From Nitrosopumilaceae archaeon (lineage in GTDB: Archaea > Thermoproteota > Nitrososphaeria > Nitrososphaerales > Nitrosopumilaceae): a stretch of 64,000 nt of DNA. Below are positions 62,441 to 64,000 of the stretch, piece after piece; the stretch's first letter is position 1; the number at the start of each line of letters is the position of its first letter. The position numbers were made by a program, and so were the translations under genes. The notes beneath the pieces were generated by a model. The model made no database searches. It worked only from the letters and a program-made list of their open reading frames with translations, and was not told where the DNA came from. The stretch is from NCBI GenBank assembly GCA_965207375.1, contig CBDBMG010000002.1, positions 224,001-288,000 on the forward strand. The letters run 5' to 3'.

Positions 62441-63699
62441 TAATAGTAATGTTCTCTTCATTGATGTGCTTCATAATATCAGAAACAGATTTAACAGAGT
62501 AACCTAAACCCTCTACAACCAGTATCCTTTTTCTTGTAGAGATGTCCAAACAAGTCAAAGCAGGAATAACATGGACACATGAAACTTATCTGCTGGTATG
62601 AATTGCACTTGCTGTACAAGCAATCATTACGAGCACTCACTAAGTGAACTAATTGTCCTGAGCGTTTTGAATTTATTTGAACAAAACTGTACATTTACAT
62701 GTGTGTTGGATTGACATAACTTGCATGTTCCACACCTGTGAGCGTCAAGTTAGATTTGAGCTGTACCATAGTGATATCTTAGTAATACAGATTGTTTAAT
62801 TGTTCTTTGGAACAGATTTTCTGCCATTGAATAGTGATTTAAATACAGAATTAACATGATGTGTATGTAAAATTTTAACATCACTTTTCTTAAGTGGATT
62901 AATAATAAAACACAGTGATAATCATGTGCAATCAAGCAAACAAAAATACTACTCTAATTAGTGCAACACAAATAATTCATTTGAGCATGTTATCAACTGT
63001 TATCCACCCCAGTGTGTATGAACAAACTGAATAAATGACCCCTAGTAGCTATGTATCAGAACTCCACATGTGTGATGACTTAGGACTGTCTCCAATTTTA
63101 CAACAGCTTAGTATTAAAAATATTTGAGAGTCCATGTCAGGGGTTTTTCGCAACTGGTTCCACTTTTCTCTTTATCCTTGTGGTCGATGTGAGGTTCTTC
63201 ATAATTGCAATTGCTAAAATATATGTATTGATTCTATCAATTATCAAAATGAATATTGTAGTATCTTACTAGTCAGAATTAGAGTTTCATCTTTGAAAGG
63301 GTCAAATTTTCCTTCAGTGAAAAGTTGTTTCAGCTCTCCCTTGCTTCCTATGCCATAAAATTATCGGTGGTATTATAAATGATACAGTTATGAAATTATG
63401 AAGAGCGTTCAGGAACACTTGTAGTTGGCTCATACCTTTGTATACGATATCTCCTTCATAGTATTCACGGTTAAATGTCACCATCCTTAACATCCTTTAG
63501 CTCTGACTCTCTTAATATGCTTACGGAATAAAGTTCTACATGGAAGCTTCACTCGGCCAGCTGAAGTTCTATTTGACATGGCATGAATTTTCCAATTGGG
63601 TGGTGGCACTTCCAGGACTCATCCAGAAGTAAAGATGTTGTGAAGGTTTTCACTGCACTCTTTGAGAATTTTATGATACTCACATCGTTCTGACCTTGG

Positions 63700-63930
63700 A
63701 ACTGACCTTGGACTTGATAATAATATTTGTGTGTGGTCTTCAGAGAAAATTTTCTGTTGCTGTATCGTAGAAAGAAAGTTGATGATTTAAGTTCAGGCTT
63801 GGTACATAGATCTACTAGAGAAACCTTCTCACCACGAGCAGTGCATTTGATTTCCAGTAGCCCACAAGGATTAGCAGGGTCACTGCAGTCTAAAACCAAG
63901 CCGTCTGGTGAAGCTGCCAACCAATTGTCC
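63700..63930 (-). pseudogene. YqaJ-like (lambda-exonuclease fold) domain exon, truncated; transposon-associated
   Basis: WLAASPDGLV..GLLEIKC..HKYYYQVQGQ motifs, then an abrupt switch to unrelated sequence. Confidence 0.8.
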
Positions 63931-64000
63931 TATTGTAAAGTCAGTGCAATATAAACATCCCATGCATAATATTTCTTACCAAGCAGTCTATATGCAGTCC

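Overview
Eukaryotic, AT-rich, repeat-dense animal DNA with short GT-AG introns. It is probably from a sponge or another non-bilaterian invertebrate (inference from composition, intron style and a 28S fragment). Most of the window is nested transposon material: RTE-like and CR1/L2-like LINEs, a Gypsy LTR element, two DIRS/Ngaro-type relics, a hAT element, Helitron-like elements, Penelope-like, Tc1-like and YqaJ fragments, and many MITEs. The most interesting part is 146-10890. An intron-rich Kyakuja-Dileera-Zisupton (KDZ) transposase gene on the + strand converges on a second intron-rich gene on the - strand. Manual splicing of that second gene gives homeodomain - HMG box - TFII-I-like N-terminal segment - GTF2I (I-repeat) domain - coding minisatellite - C-terminal beta-rich domain. 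This suggests the TFII-I/GTF2I module, usually treated as vertebrate-specific, occurs as transposon cargo. Other notable items are a hAT element with its catalytic C-terminal segment inverted, a host FN3 receptor with a duplicated TM/Tyr-tail exon pair, a LINE embedded in (CA)n, a permuted DIRS relic and a dispersed hairpin family with compensatory changes. All exon models and homologies were made by eye; no database searches were run.
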